DNA of 64,000 bases from an uncultured Methylococcaceae bacterium (GTDB lineage Bacteria > Pseudomonadota > Gammaproteobacteria > Methylococcales > Methylomonadaceae): contig CAJAVP010000036.1 of NCBI GenBank assembly GCA_903945375.1, positions 18,659 through 82,658 of the forward strand. Reading direction: 5' to 3'. Below the pieces are notes generated by a model. That model ran no database searches. It worked only from the letters and a program-made list of their open reading frames with translations, and had not been told where the DNA came from. Position 1 is the first letter of the stretch; each line of letters begins with the position of its first letter. Position numbers and translations under genes: made by a program. Shown here piece after piece: positions 37,040 to 46,768 of the stretch.

Positions 37040-38947
37040 ATGTTTAGAAAAATAACTTTGTTTAGCCTGATGTTGGCCGTGATAACCAGTATTTTGGTTG
37101 GTTATATGGGAATGCCTGTCACCCAATGGGGACAGTGGTTCGATGTCAACCTATTATCAATAGTTAACGGGATGCAATTAGGCTTAATGGGTCTACTTGT
37201 CATGCCGGTGATATTGGTGTGGCGTGATCGTCAGCGAACGCCAGTGATAATAAGCCTTTCAGTGATATGGTTATTCTTAGCATTGGAATTTATGTTGCAC
37301 AACAACGGGATAATTGCGCTAAAGCAACCAGTTTTTGCAGCGACGGATAGGCTTTTAGCTATGTTCGTCTTTTGGATTTTGTATAGCCTTTATTTGCGAA
37401 CGGATAGTGCCGCCATAAAAGACACCCAAAGCACGGTTTCCAGAGTCTGGGTTTGTTTGGCGATGTTCGTCTTGTATGTCCAAATTAAACTCGGTGTTTG
37501 GACTAGCGTGAATCATGCGGGTAGCGTTTGCCAAGGCTTTCCGTTATGTAATGGGCAATGGTGGCCGCAAGCTGATTATCTTGCTCTGTTTAACCTAGGC
37601 GAGCTGATTCAAAATACGCTTAAGGGGGTAACAACAGATCTGTCATATACCGCCCAAATAGCCATAAATTACTCACATCGCATTGGCGCGATTGTCACGT
37701 TTATGTTGCTGACCTTAGTTGGTTTTAAAGCGATGTCAGGGGCTGCAAATCGAAAAATGAGTCGGGCCGGATTAATTCTGAGTGCTTTATTATTCATCCA
37801 AACGGCACTTGGGGTTTTGGGCTTTAAGCTAATGCCGTCTCACTGGGTCGCACTTGCACATCATCTGGTTGCCGAAATCATGATGTTACCTTTGCTGGCT
37901 ATTTATTTTTATAGCCGTCGAAAATTTACCTATGTTCCGTTAGCCGATCAAGCCTTCGATGTACAATCCGAAGGCGCGATCGATACGGCATTACTGGATC
38001 AAGGTGATAGAGAGTCCGAGCCAGAATCGCTTTATCTACGCTTACAATCACAGCTAAAGCGGACACGTTCAGGTCTAGGTGAACTTGTTGCCAATTTGGC
38101 TTTGGGTCAAAAAGGAATTGATGACGATGTACTAGAGGATTTAGAAGCCAATTTGATTATGGCTGATCTGGGTATTAACGTGACCCAACAAATCATCAAT
38201 CATCTGACACAACAACTGGATCGTCAGCAGTTGCGTGATCCCGTTCAAGTCACAGCGGCCTTAAAAGAAGAATTACTCAATATATTAAATCCTTGTAGCC
38301 ATGTTTTACAGATACCCAAACAAGCAACTCCATTCGTGATTTTAGTAGTGGGTGTCAACGGTGCAGGTAAAACCACGACGATTGGTAAACTTGCTAAACG
38401 TTTGCAGATGCAAGGTCATTCGGTCATGTTGGCGGCCGGAGACACCTTCCGAGCAGCGGCTGTTGAACAACTGCAAACTTGGGGGGAGCGCAACGCCATT
38501 CCGGTTGTTGCTCAGCATACGGGCGCAGATTCGGCTTCAGTGATTTATGATGCGGTGCAATCGGCACAAGCTAAAGGGATTGATGTCTTGATTGCAGATA
38601 CGGCAGGACGATTGCACACCAAATCGAATTTAATGGACGAGCTAAAAAAAGTCACACGCATTATGGCAAAATTGGATGCCAATGCGCCGCATGAAGTGTT
38701 ATTAGTACTCGATGCGGGTACCGGTCAAAATGCGTTGTCCCAAGCAAAACAGTTTAATGAAACGGTGCCCTTAACAGGTTTGGTGCTGACCAAACTGGAC
38801 GGTACGGCAAAAGGCGGGGTTATTTTTGCGTTAGCCAGACAAATGGGAATTCCTATCCGATTTATAGGAATAGGGGAAGGAATTGATGATTTACAAGATT
38901 TTGATGCCAAAATGTTTGTTGATGCCTTATTTACTCAAGATAATTAA
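37040..38947 (+). CDS. ftsY: Fusion of a degenerate COX15/CtaA heme A synthase-like membrane domain and the SRP receptor FtsY NG domain
   Basis: CQGFPLC, SHRIGA and AHH in the N-terminal part; GVNGAGKTT, DTFRAAA, DTAGR and TKLDGTAKGG in the C-terminal part; single 635-aa ORF. Confidence 0.88.
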   Translation: MFRKITLFSLMLAVITSILVGYMGMPVTQWGQWFDVNLLSIVNGMQLGLMGLLVMPVILVWRDRQRTPVIISLSVIWLFLALEFMLHNNGIIALKQPVFAATDRLLAMFVFWILYSLYLRTDSAAIKDTQSTVSRVWVCLAMFVLYVQIKLGVWTSVNHAGSVCQGFPLCNGQWWPQADYLALFNLGELIQNTLKGVTTDLSYTAQIAINYSHRIGAIVTFMLLTLVGFKAMSGAANRKMSRAGLILSALLFIQTALGVLGFKLMPSHWVALAHHLVAEIMMLPLLAIYFYSRRKFTYVPLADQAFDVQSEGAIDTALLDQGDRESEPESLYLRLQSQLKRTRSGLGELVANLALGQKGIDDDVLEDLEANLIMADLGINVTQQIINHLTQQLDRQQLRDPVQVTAALKEELLNILNPCSHVLQIPKQATPFVILVVGVNGAGKTTTIGKLAKRLQMQGHSVMLAAGDTFRAAAVEQLQTWGERNAIPVVAQHTGADSASVIYDAVQSAQAKGIDVLIADTAGRLHTKSNLMDELKKVTRIMAKLDANAPHEVLLVLDAGTGQNALSQAKQFNETVPLTGLVLTKLDGTAKGGVIFALARQMGIPIRFIGIGEGIDDLQDFDAKMFVDALFTQDN

Positions 38948-38952
38948 ATCTT

Positions 38953-39609
38953 ATGTTAAAGTTTGAAAATGTCACAAAACGCTATCCTGAAGCGGGAGAT
39001 GTTTTACGCAGTATTAGTTTTCATTTAAGGCATGGTGAGCTGGCTTTTTTAACCGGTCATTCGGGTGCAGGAAAAAGCACCTTACTAAAGCTGATTGCCG
39101 GTATTGAGCGTTGTAATCGGGGGGTGATTTTATTAGACGGTGAAAATCTCAGTGCCGCCAAAGAAAATCAACTGCCTTTTTTACGTCGCAAAATGGGCTT
39201 TATTTATCAAGACTATAAATTGCTTCAGGATAGAACGGTTTTTGATAATGTGGCGTTACCTTTGGTGATAGCGGGTTATGGGCATCAGGAAATTACTCGT
39301 CGCGTGAGAGCATCCCTCGATAAAGTGGGTTTGTCTGGTAAAGAAAAAAAATTTCCTATGGCTTTATCAGGTGGCGAGCAACAGCGCGTTGGCATTGCGC
39401 GTGCGGTTGTCAATAAACCGCCAATTATTATTGCGGATGAGCCGACTGGCAATCTTGATCCTGAGTTAGCCGCAGAAATTATGCGTTTGTTTGAAAGTTT
39501 TCAGCAAGTCGGCGTTACCGTATTAATTGCCTCACATGATATCTCCTTAATTACTAAAATGAATCATCGTGTTTTAAAACTTGACCACGGTCAATTGGTT
39601 GCGGATTAG
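38953..39609 (+). CDS. ftsE: Cell division ATP-binding protein FtsE
   Basis: [32 protein letters not shown]; located between ftsY and ftsX. Confidence 0.96.
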   Translation: MLKFENVTKRYPEAGDVLRSISFHLRHGELAFLTGHSGAGKSTLLKLIAGIERCNRGVILLDGENLSAAKENQLPFLRRKMGFIYQDYKLLQDRTVFDNVALPLVIAGYGHQEITRRVRASLDKVGLSGKEKKFPMALSGGEQQRVGIARAVVNKPPIIIADEPTGNLDPELAAEIMRLFESFQQVGVTVLIASHDISLITKMNHRVLKLDHGQLVAD

Positions 39610-39612
39610 CTT

Positions 39613-40644
39613 ATGAAGCCCAAATACAGACGACATCAAACTCGAGAGGTTAAACAACCCCGATATACCCGAGATGCCAAACAAGACATCAAGCGCACGG
39701 CGGCTGCGGGCGGTAGTCTGAGAGATAAGCTTAAAGCCTATCGAGATCTTCATGCCCATGCGCTGTTTTCCAGTTTGGGACGCTTAGTCTCATCCCCCTT
39801 TAACACCATCATGACGGTGGTTGTTTTGTCGATTGCCATCTCATTAGCTGGTGGATTCTACCTAGTACTGAAAAATTTACAGCAATTTACGGGTAATTTA
39901 GAAACCAGCGCCCAAATTTCTCTTTTTCTAAAAGACGAAATTACCGAAGCTCATGCCAAGCAACTGGCTGAAAATATCCGTCAAAATCCCGCCATTCAAT
40001 CTGTCAAATTAATTACCAAAGAACAGGCTCTCGCCGAATTTAAAACCTATAGTGGTTTTGGTTCGGCAATTAGTGTGCTGAAAACGAATCCTCTGCCGAT
40101 AGTGGTGCAAGTTTTGCCCCGAGATACTTTGGAAAATAAAGAGGGCTTTGAGGAATTGTTACAAACGTTCCAGCAATCTGTTGAGGTTGATTCCGCACAA
40201 TTCGATCTAAAATGGGTACAGCGCTTGCAATCTATTATGGCAGTTTCGCAACGTGGCGCGGCATTATTGAATCTTATGCTAGGTGTTGCGGTAATTTTTA
40301 TTGCAGGTAATACCATCCGTTTAGAATTAAACAACCGTCGTGAGGAAGTTATCATTGCAAAATTGGTCGGCGCGACCAGCGCTTTTATTCAACGTCCCTT
40401 TTTGTACACCGGCTTTTGGATTGGTTTTTTGTCGGGTGTCACGTCATGGTTTACTGTGACGATGATGATGTTGATCCTAATGCAGCCGGTCGAACATTTA
40501 TCGACCTTGTACGGTGGTAATTTTCATCTGTTATTTTTTGGCTTTTTAGATACGCTAGAGTTATTAGCGATTTCCTCTGGCTTGGGCGTATTAGGCTCTT
40601 GGGCGGTTTTAATGCACCAACTACGCTTAACTAAAGTGATGTGA
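39613..40644 (+). CDS. ftsX: Cell division permease FtsX
   Basis: NPLP, GNTIRL...REEV.I.KLVGAT..FI.RPFLY.G. Confidence 0.95.
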   Translation: MKPKYRRHQTREVKQPRYTRDAKQDIKRTAAAGGSLRDKLKAYRDLHAHALFSSLGRLVSSPFNTIMTVVVLSIAISLAGGFYLVLKNLQQFTGNLETSAQISLFLKDEITEAHAKQLAENIRQNPAIQSVKLITKEQALAEFKTYSGFGSAISVLKTNPLPIVVQVLPRDTLENKEGFEELLQTFQQSVEVDSAQFDLKWVQRLQSIMAVSQRGAALLNLMLGVAVIFIAGNTIRLELNNRREEVIIAKLVGATSAFIQRPFLYTGFWIGFLSGVTSWFTVTMMMLILMQPVEHLSTLYGGNFHLLFFGFLDTLELLAISSGLGVLGSWAVLMHQLRLTKVM

Positions 40645-40675
40645 GCATCAATTTAGTGGTCTACGAGTAAAATTA

Positions 40676-40702
40676 TTAGCACTCTTAAATTGAGAGTGCT
40701 AG
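40676..40702 (+). promoter_or_regulatory. CIRCE element (HrcA operator) upstream of rpoH
   Basis: TTAGCACTC-TTAAATTGA-GAGTGCTAG versus consensus TTAGCACTC-N9-GAGTGCTAA, 17/18 match. Confidence 0.9.
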
Positions 40703-40734
40703 AATTTGCCAACTTTTTTATTCAGGAGGCTGTT

Positions 40735-41592
40735 ATGAATAACGCAATCGCATTACCGATAAATTTATCCGTAGGAACTTTTGACGCGTATTTAAATTTA
40801 GTCAAGCAAATGCCCATGCTGTCGTCTGAGCAGGAACGCGAACTTACCTTACGTTATAGAGACGAAGGCGATCTTGTTGCTGCGCGGGAGCTAGTTATGA
40901 GTAATTTACGTTTTGTCGTGCATGTCGCAAGAGGTTACAGTGGCTATGGCTTGTCTATGCCGGATATCATTCAGGAAGGCAACGTCGGCTTAATGAAAGC
41001 GGTAAAGCGTTTTGATCCGGATATGGGCGTACGTTTGGTGTCATTTGCCGTGCATTGGATAAAATCCGAAATTCATGAGTACGTCATCAAAAACTGGGGA
41101 ATTGTCAAAGTCGCGACGACGAAAGCCCAACGTAAATTATTTTTTAACTTACGTAAATCTAAAGAAGACTTAGGATGGCTGTCTGATGTCGAAGCGGTAG
41201 CGATTGCTAACGATTTGAATGTTGATGTTAAAGTGGTTTATGAAATGGAGAAACGTTTAGGGAATAAAGATATCTCTTTTGATATGTCAGTAGATGATTC
41301 GAATGAAGATAGTTATGTTGCTCCCGTTAATTATTTGCAACAACATGGCGCAGATCCGGCCGTATTGCTTGAAAATGCAGATTGGGGTGGGCATGAACAG
41401 GATTTGTTATCTGAAGCGATGGCAACGCTAGATGAACGTAGTTTTGATATTCTATCTAGTCGGTGGTTGTCGGAAAAAAAAGCAACCTTGCATGAGCTTG
41501 CTGAGCGTTACCATGTTTCCGCTGAGAGAATTCGTCAACTTGAGCAAAATGCAATGAAAAAAATAAAAGCGGCGGTGGTATTAGCCGCTTAA
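40735..41592 (+). CDS. rpoH: RNA polymerase sigma-32
   Basis: RpoH box QRKLFFNLRK; SNLRFVVHVARGY; GGAGG RBS before ATG 40735. Confidence 0.97.
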   Translation: MNNAIALPINLSVGTFDAYLNLVKQMPMLSSEQERELTLRYRDEGDLVAARELVMSNLRFVVHVARGYSGYGLSMPDIIQEGNVGLMKAVKRFDPDMGVRLVSFAVHWIKSEIHEYVIKNWGIVKVATTKAQRKLFFNLRKSKEDLGWLSDVEAVAIANDLNVDVKVVYEMEKRLGNKDISFDMSVDDSNEDSYVAPVNYLQQHGADPAVLLENADWGGHEQDLLSEAMATLDERSFDILSSRWLSEKKATLHELAERYHVSAERIRQLEQNAMKKIKAAVVLAA

Positions 41593-41622
41593 ATAGTTTT
41601 TAAACATAAGATCAAGCTATTC

Positions 41623-41659
41623 AAAAGACTTAACGGCATTACCGTTAAGTCTTTTTTTT
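41623..41659. terminator. Bidirectional intrinsic terminator
   Basis: AAAAGACTTAACGG-catta-CCGTTAAGTCTTTTTTTT. Confidence 0.88.
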
Positions 41660-41669
41660 GCAGCAAAAG

Positions 41670-41921
41670 TTACTTAACTAAATAGTCAGGGTTAAGTAAG
41701 CTCAAAAGCATTTGCGCTTGTTCCGCCGCTTCATGCCCTAAATGGGTTAAATACCCCCCATCATCTTGAGTAACCAGACCTTTCACAAATAACCGGTGTG
41801 TGGCTGCTACCGTGGCTGGGTTAGCCGTGTGAGTATGTACTTTTATTCCTTCTTGTGTTGTTGCTAGGTTGTAACGAACCAAAATATTTAATTCATCGAC
41901 AATTTCTTGGGTGTATGGCAT
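41670..41921 (-). CDS. TIGR02647-family small protein
   Basis: MPYTQEIVDELNIL..YNL.TTQEGIKVH...RLF.KGL.TQ.DGGYLT.LG; ATG at 41921. Confidence 0.8.
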   Translation of the reverse strand: MPYTQEIVDELNILVRYNLATTQEGIKVHTHTANPATVAATHRLFVKGLVTQDDGGYLTHLGHEAAEQAQMLLSLLNPDYLVK

Positions 41922-42052
41922 AGCATTTTCTCTAGTTATGTTGATTAGGAGTTGAATAGCATAAAACCTTTTTACTTTGTGTGTACTGTTAATTGCTAAG
42001 ATTGGGACATTAACGCCTTGATATCCTCCTCTTCTTTTAGGTAGGTTGGGTA

Positions 42053-43726
42053 TCAAGAAGAACTGTTCTTATTAAACGAGATAATTTTTAATAAATTAGC
42101 GATTTTTTTTAGCGGATTACCGGATAAGTTTGAAGGCTTTGTGTTTGATAACCCGGCTGAATCTGCTGGCTCGTTTGCAGCAATCGACCAATGCCGTGCT
42201 GTTTTTTTATAACCTAGCGGCTTTTTTAAATAGCAGCGACCATTTTGCACTAATAGCTGGGCATAAGTAACGGTTTCAATGCAGTAAGGTAAATGAGCGG
42301 CTTGATGATGAGCGATATAAGAACCTATGACGCGCGTAAACAGTGTAGGGCCAGAAATAGCCAACGTATTTTTTAGGATATTGGCTTTGGGTTTGTGACA
42401 GGCGTTCAGAATACTGGTTGTTGTCGTTTCGACGGCGAATTTTAGGATTGGAGATTCTGGTATACCCCCTATCAGCCAGTTACAGATACCGTTAGTGGCT
42501 TTGGTTGTCCATTTAAAAACCGCCAACTCGCCTTTTATCGTAAATAGTTCATGGCCTTGCTTGGTTAATACCATGTCTGCGTCCAGATAATAGCCGCCAA
42601 ATTGGTATAAATAGCAGAGTCGGAACAAATCGCATTGCATGGCGGGATGAGGCGCTAAATCATAGGCTCGATAAGTGTTTGCAGAAAAATGAGTTTTGAG
42701 AAGTTTTCTGGCCTCCTCATCGTTGAACAATCGGTATTCGATACCGTGTTGTTCGCAAAGCGAGCGGTTTCTTTGGAGTAAACTTAAAACCTGAGCCGGT
42801 GGATTTTGATCCCAGTATTGAAAAAGTACACGAGGAATGTGTTGATGACTGGGTTGATGTGCTTTTTGATGTATTAAAAAATGGTCAACAGCAGAGATGG
42901 ACTCGGTAATTGAAAGCAGTCGAATAGGTTTTTCTGTCGTGTGAGGGTGTACCGTTTTGTTGTGTTGAGTGGCTATTGTAAGAATAGCCTGTTGTAAAAA
43001 AAGAACGCCATACGCCTGATTCATGTGTACGTAATCATCATGCGCGTGCTTGGTCGATAGTCCTTCTGTCAAGCGAATGGAGTCTTTGGCGTATTGGGGG
43101 GCGGTAAACAAAAAATCAACAATGCTGTCATTGGGTTGAGGGATGAAAACAGTATTGTAGTCATTAAGTGCGGTTATGATGCCGTCGTAATAGCTGGATT
43201 GAATAACCGAACCATCGTTTGCGCTCAAGGCATTCCATTTTTCCGAGGGATCATCGACACAGGTTCGACTAGGGAAGGGCGATGGTGAAACATAAACAGG
43301 CAGATCGCTAATTTGTCGCACTAAGCGCGTTAGCTTGTATAAAATGCCGTGTTGCAGGCGGTCGCGACATAGCTGGGTAAAACACGCGCGTGATAGGAAT
43401 TTTCGGTTGATGTCTGTTAAGCTTTCAAGCTGATGCGTCGTCAGGGTGGGAATAAAAAGATTGACGTCACAAGCTAAGCCATATAACCAAACGGCATCAA
43501 AGCTACTGAGGTCAATCGCATTTTGCCCGCCTGACGTAAACTGCATATCGTGTTCGGTTTCTGGATGTGTTGGCACCAAGCAGTTATTTTGTACGTCTAG
43601 GTGCGCCATAGCACTCGCTCTTGCGCCAAAAAAAACTAATTCAATCGAGCTGTATTCTGCGCTTAATTGCTGCCATGCTAATTTGAGTGCGGCTAAGTGT
43701 GAATTACCCATGATGCAAATTTTCAT
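42053..43726 (-). CDS. Two-domain protein: N-terminal SGNH-like domain plus C-terminal GT32 (DXD) glycosyltransferase
   Basis: N-terminal GNSH; IPRVLFQYWD and QCDLFRLCYLYQFGGYYLDADM. Confidence 0.7.
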   Translation of the reverse strand: MKICIMGNSHLAALKLAWQQLSAEYSSIELVFFGARASAMAHLDVQNNCLVPTHPETEHDMQFTSGGQNAIDLSSFDAVWLYGLACDVNLFIPTLTTHQLESLTDINRKFLSRACFTQLCRDRLQHGILYKLTRLVRQISDLPVYVSPSPFPSRTCVDDPSEKWNALSANDGSVIQSSYYDGIITALNDYNTVFIPQPNDSIVDFLFTAPQYAKDSIRLTEGLSTKHAHDDYVHMNQAYGVLFLQQAILTIATQHNKTVHPHTTEKPIRLLSITESISAVDHFLIHQKAHQPSHQHIPRVLFQYWDQNPPAQVLSLLQRNRSLCEQHGIEYRLFNDEEARKLLKTHFSANTYRAYDLAPHPAMQCDLFRLCYLYQFGGYYLDADMVLTKQGHELFTIKGELAVFKWTTKATNGICNWLIGGIPESPILKFAVETTTTSILNACHKPKANILKNTLAISGPTLFTRVIGSYIAHHQAAHLPYCIETVTYAQLLVQNGRCYLKKPLGYKKTARHWSIAANEPADSAGLSNTKPSNLSGNPLKKIANLLKIISFNKNSSS

Positions 43727-44793
43727 AGTTGATTCTTGCTGGGTCTAAAGGCGTCCAGCAAAACCTCTTCGCAGTTGTTAGGCGAGCTGGTGTTTGAGGC
43801 TATTGCGGCTGGTGCGACGCGTGTTTTTTGCGGGTGTGCAGGTAGCGGTTCGCCTAAGCAAGAAAAAAAACAATTCATAACGAAATCAATACCTTCTTGC
43901 GTTACGTTCCGTAGATTTTCTTCAAAAAACATGCCGCGAAAGGGCGCACTCGTGATTAACTCATAAGAGGGAAAATAATCGGTATCAGGACGAGCATTTG
44001 CCATTTCACCTGCGACTGAACGCAATGTCGATTTTGAATACGTCGTTGCCACTAGAACATGCTTTTTGGTCGCAGTGGCAGTGAGTGGCACGGGCGATAC
44101 GGTGAGTAAAAATTTAATGTTTGGATTAATCGTTTTGATGAGTCGAAATGATTCACGTAAGTCACGTTGAGTTTGTTGGTGGGTATAGTTGACTAAGCGG
44201 TGTTGTTTAGCATTGAATTGACCGGCTACCGTACCGGGACACATAGGATAAATGCTGTTGTTTTCTACGTTTATCCAAGCTTCAGTTAAACCGAGTGTGA
44301 AAATAAAATACTGGCTTTGTTCGAGAACGGAGCGAATGACACCGAGCGTCACGTTTCTCGATGCCAGTAATTCTTCACGATTATAAAAGCCATGTGGTTC
44401 GATGGCGGGTCTGAAGGGGTCAAAAAATCGGTCGTTGTCAGTCCAAATTTCATCGCTAACGGCTTTGTCGGTCAATGCCCATTCTAACCACTGTCTCAGC
44501 GAGGCGGCGGTGTAGATATTGCCAGTTCGAAATGAAAAAATGCCATAGTTGAACATCTGCTGTGATTCAGGCGAGAGCCCTGTGGGCGCGGGTTCGCCAT
44601 TAAGCCAAGCATAATCGCGTGACAGAAGCGCTTTGCTGATATGTTGGGCAAAACAAGAGCCTGCCGTTGCGATAGCCTGTGTTTTGTCGAGCTTGAATTT
44701 AGGCTTCCATAACTTATTAATTTGAAGCGGAGGGATGTCTGCTACGGCGGTTCGCCAGAAAGCCTCTGTCGGCAATTTTTTATAGGGATTCAT
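43723..44793 (-). CDS. GSCFA-family protein
   Basis: Literal TAGSCFAQH motif; FTLGLTEAW; LTVSPVPLTAT; YFPSYE. Confidence 0.92.
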   Translation of the reverse strand: MNPYKKLPTEAFWRTAVADIPPLQINKLWKPKFKLDKTQAIATAGSCFAQHISKALLSRDYAWLNGEPAPTGLSPESQQMFNYGIFSFRTGNIYTAASLRQWLEWALTDKAVSDEIWTDNDRFFDPFRPAIEPHGFYNREELLASRNVTLGVIRSVLEQSQYFIFTLGLTEAWINVENNSIYPMCPGTVAGQFNAKQHRLVNYTHQQTQRDLRESFRLIKTINPNIKFLLTVSPVPLTATATKKHVLVATTYSKSTLRSVAGEMANARPDTDYFPSYELITSAPFRGMFFEENLRNVTQEGIDFVMNCFFSCLGEPLPAHPQKTRVAPAAIASNTSSPNNCEEVLLDAFRPSKNQL

Positions 44794-44817
44794 TTTTGGA
44801 ATGGGATGTGTCGTGTT

Positions 44818-46026
44818 TTAGGAATGATGTAATAGGGTTAGCAGGGCTTCTTTCGCAGGACATTCTAGGTAATTTATCATGGCTTCTAGGGGTAATGGGT
44901 CAAATATAGTTATTTCCTGGCTATTTTTAGCCACGATGGATGCAAATTTATGATTCATGCCTAGCTCACCCTCTTTAAGGTACACATTTTTGTAGATGGT
45001 TTCCCAATGCGTTCCGCCCACCTGATTAAATCCTTGCTGCTTCGCTTCCGTAATGGCTTTCCCTCCGTTCATTATTTTTCTTAAAAAATGTTCGCGTGAG
45101 CGTATTGGAAACTCACGATAAGTGAGTTCTGGACAGCCCGTATAGTGTTTAATTTCTTGGTTATTAAGATCTAAAATAGCATGATTGCCTTGGCTAATCG
45201 AGAATTGCAGATTTGCTCGGACGATGATTTTGCTTGAAGTATGGCTGATGGGTTTGCGGTATTGGATACGTCTAAAAAATAAATCGTTAACCTCGGATAG
45301 ATCGGTCAAATGATAGATTGCTTTAGGGATCACAATCGCTTCCGTGTTTTTTGGCAAGCTGGCTAGTATGGTGTGTAAAGTTTGGGTTGGACATAAAAAC
45401 TCATCTGCATCTACTAAGGCAAGCCATTCTAACTCAGGCCACAAGGATAGGGCGAACCGACAGGCACCGGTTGTTTTTCTACCCTGAAAGTGTGCAATAA
45501 CCGGATCATGTAGGATAAAAACATGTGTGTCGGTGCAGATTTTCTCAAAAAGTTTAATTTGGCTTTCTGTTGCATCAGTTGATAAATTATTGATAATAAA
45601 AAACTTACGAAAGCCTAATGCGTAATGCCAAACAAGATTCCAAAGAATAATATCGTCTTCATCTTTAACCATGCTGACATAGGCGGCATGGTGGAGTGGC
45701 TGGTGTCCTGTAAGACAAGCGGGCAGGTTATGGCTACTTGCCAATAACGCATGAGCAATAGCGAAATTTCTGGGGGCGTGTTGGCGGATGTTGGGTAGAT
45801 CAATGATTCGCTGATAATCAGCCGTTTCTAGTAAGCAATGGGAAAGTAAAAAAACGATTCTACTGTCTTCCTTATGATTATTGGTTTCTTCCAATAATTT
45901 GATAGCCTCGTTGATTTGGTTTTTCTTTCTGAGCTCTCGGGCCTGCTCGAGAATGGCTTGAGTCGTCAATGCAGTGGTTTTTGTTTTGGAAGCCAGATTC
46001 ATCAAGTTTGACAGTGATTTTTTCAT
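44818..46026 (-). CDS. GT2-like glycosyltransferase with N-terminal TPR-like helices
   Basis: MVKDEDD...NNLSTD; W..LVDADEF; GNH. Confidence 0.8.
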   Translation of the reverse strand: MKKSLSNLMNLASKTKTTALTTQAILEQARELRKKNQINEAIKLLEETNNHKEDSRIVFLLSHCLLETADYQRIIDLPNIRQHAPRNFAIAHALLASSHNLPACLTGHQPLHHAAYVSMVKDEDDIILWNLVWHYALGFRKFFIINNLSTDATESQIKLFEKICTDTHVFILHDPVIAHFQGRKTTGACRFALSLWPELEWLALVDADEFLCPTQTLHTILASLPKNTEAIVIPKAIYHLTDLSEVNDLFFRRIQYRKPISHTSSKIIVRANLQFSISQGNHAILDLNNQEIKHYTGCPELTYREFPIRSREHFLRKIMNGGKAITEAKQQGFNQVGGTHWETIYKNVYLKEGELGMNHKFASIVAKNSQEITIFDPLPLEAMINYLECPAKEALLTLLHHS

Positions 46027-46054
46027 GGGCAGGGTGCGGGATTAGTGATCTTTT

Positions 46055-46768
46055 TTAACGATAAGGGTTTAACTGAACAGTGGCAATAAAATAGCCTGCC
46101 CACATTGTTAGCAAGCAAACACCCGTATTAGAAAATACGGCGAGCAGTATGAGCGGTGAGTGATTGGTCGATACGTGACTTTGTTCAATGACATAAAGCA
46201 AGATGTAAATGCTGGAGAAGGCCAAAAAACAAGCCGCGATAAGAATGAGCAGGACAAGTTGCTGGATGGGATTAATGGGTATTTTATCCCATAAAACGGC
46301 AGCACTTGATCCTAGCAAAAAAGCCCCTAGCGCATTAATCAGTAGGAGTCCGTAGGGGATTTGCATAGTTTGCCAAGTGATTAGGCTCGTTTGGGATAGT
46401 TTGCCAAGTTTTAGCCCCACCCAAATCGCTAACAAACAGCTGATAACGCTGAGGGCAATGTTGGCGAGGGCTTTGCCGGGCTGGTCGTTTTGTAGCAAAT
46501 AAACTGTGTCCAACGAAAAAGTCGAAAACGTGGTAAATGCGCCGATAAAGCCGATTAAAATCGCCGAGCGGTATTCTAAGCTCAAAGTGACACGTTGTAA
46601 TACCAGTGCCTCAGTGAGTAGTCCCAATAGCAAAGAACCTATCACATTGACGGCTAATGTCCCATAAGGGAATGCTTTGCCCAGCCATTGCTGAATGCCA
46701 GATGCCATTAAAAACCGTAGCACTGCTCCAAATGCACCACCAATGGCAATTGCGATTAATTGATTCAC
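46055..46768 (-). CDS. crcB: Fluoride channel Fluc/CrcB with a C-terminal partial duplication
   Basis: [30 protein letters not shown]; 237 aa versus about 125 typical. Confidence 0.85.
   Translation of the reverse strand: MNQLIAIAIGGAFGAVLRFLMASGIQQWLGKAFPYGTLAVNVIGSLLLGLLTEALVLQRVTLSLEYRSAILIGFIGAFTTFSTFSLDTVYLLQNDQPGKALANIALSVISCLLAIWVGLKLGKLSQTSLITWQTMQIPYGLLLINALGAFLLGSSAAVLWDKIPINPIQQLVLLILIAACFLAFSSIYILLYVIEQSHVSTNHSPLILLAVFSNTGVCLLTMWAGYFIATVQLNPYR

Noticed and set aside
37900-38040. Possibility that ctaA and ftsY are separate genes or joined by a frameshift
   Set aside because: No stop in the 635-aa frame and no convincing internal RBS/ATG before the NG domain; an assembly artefact cannot be fully excluded
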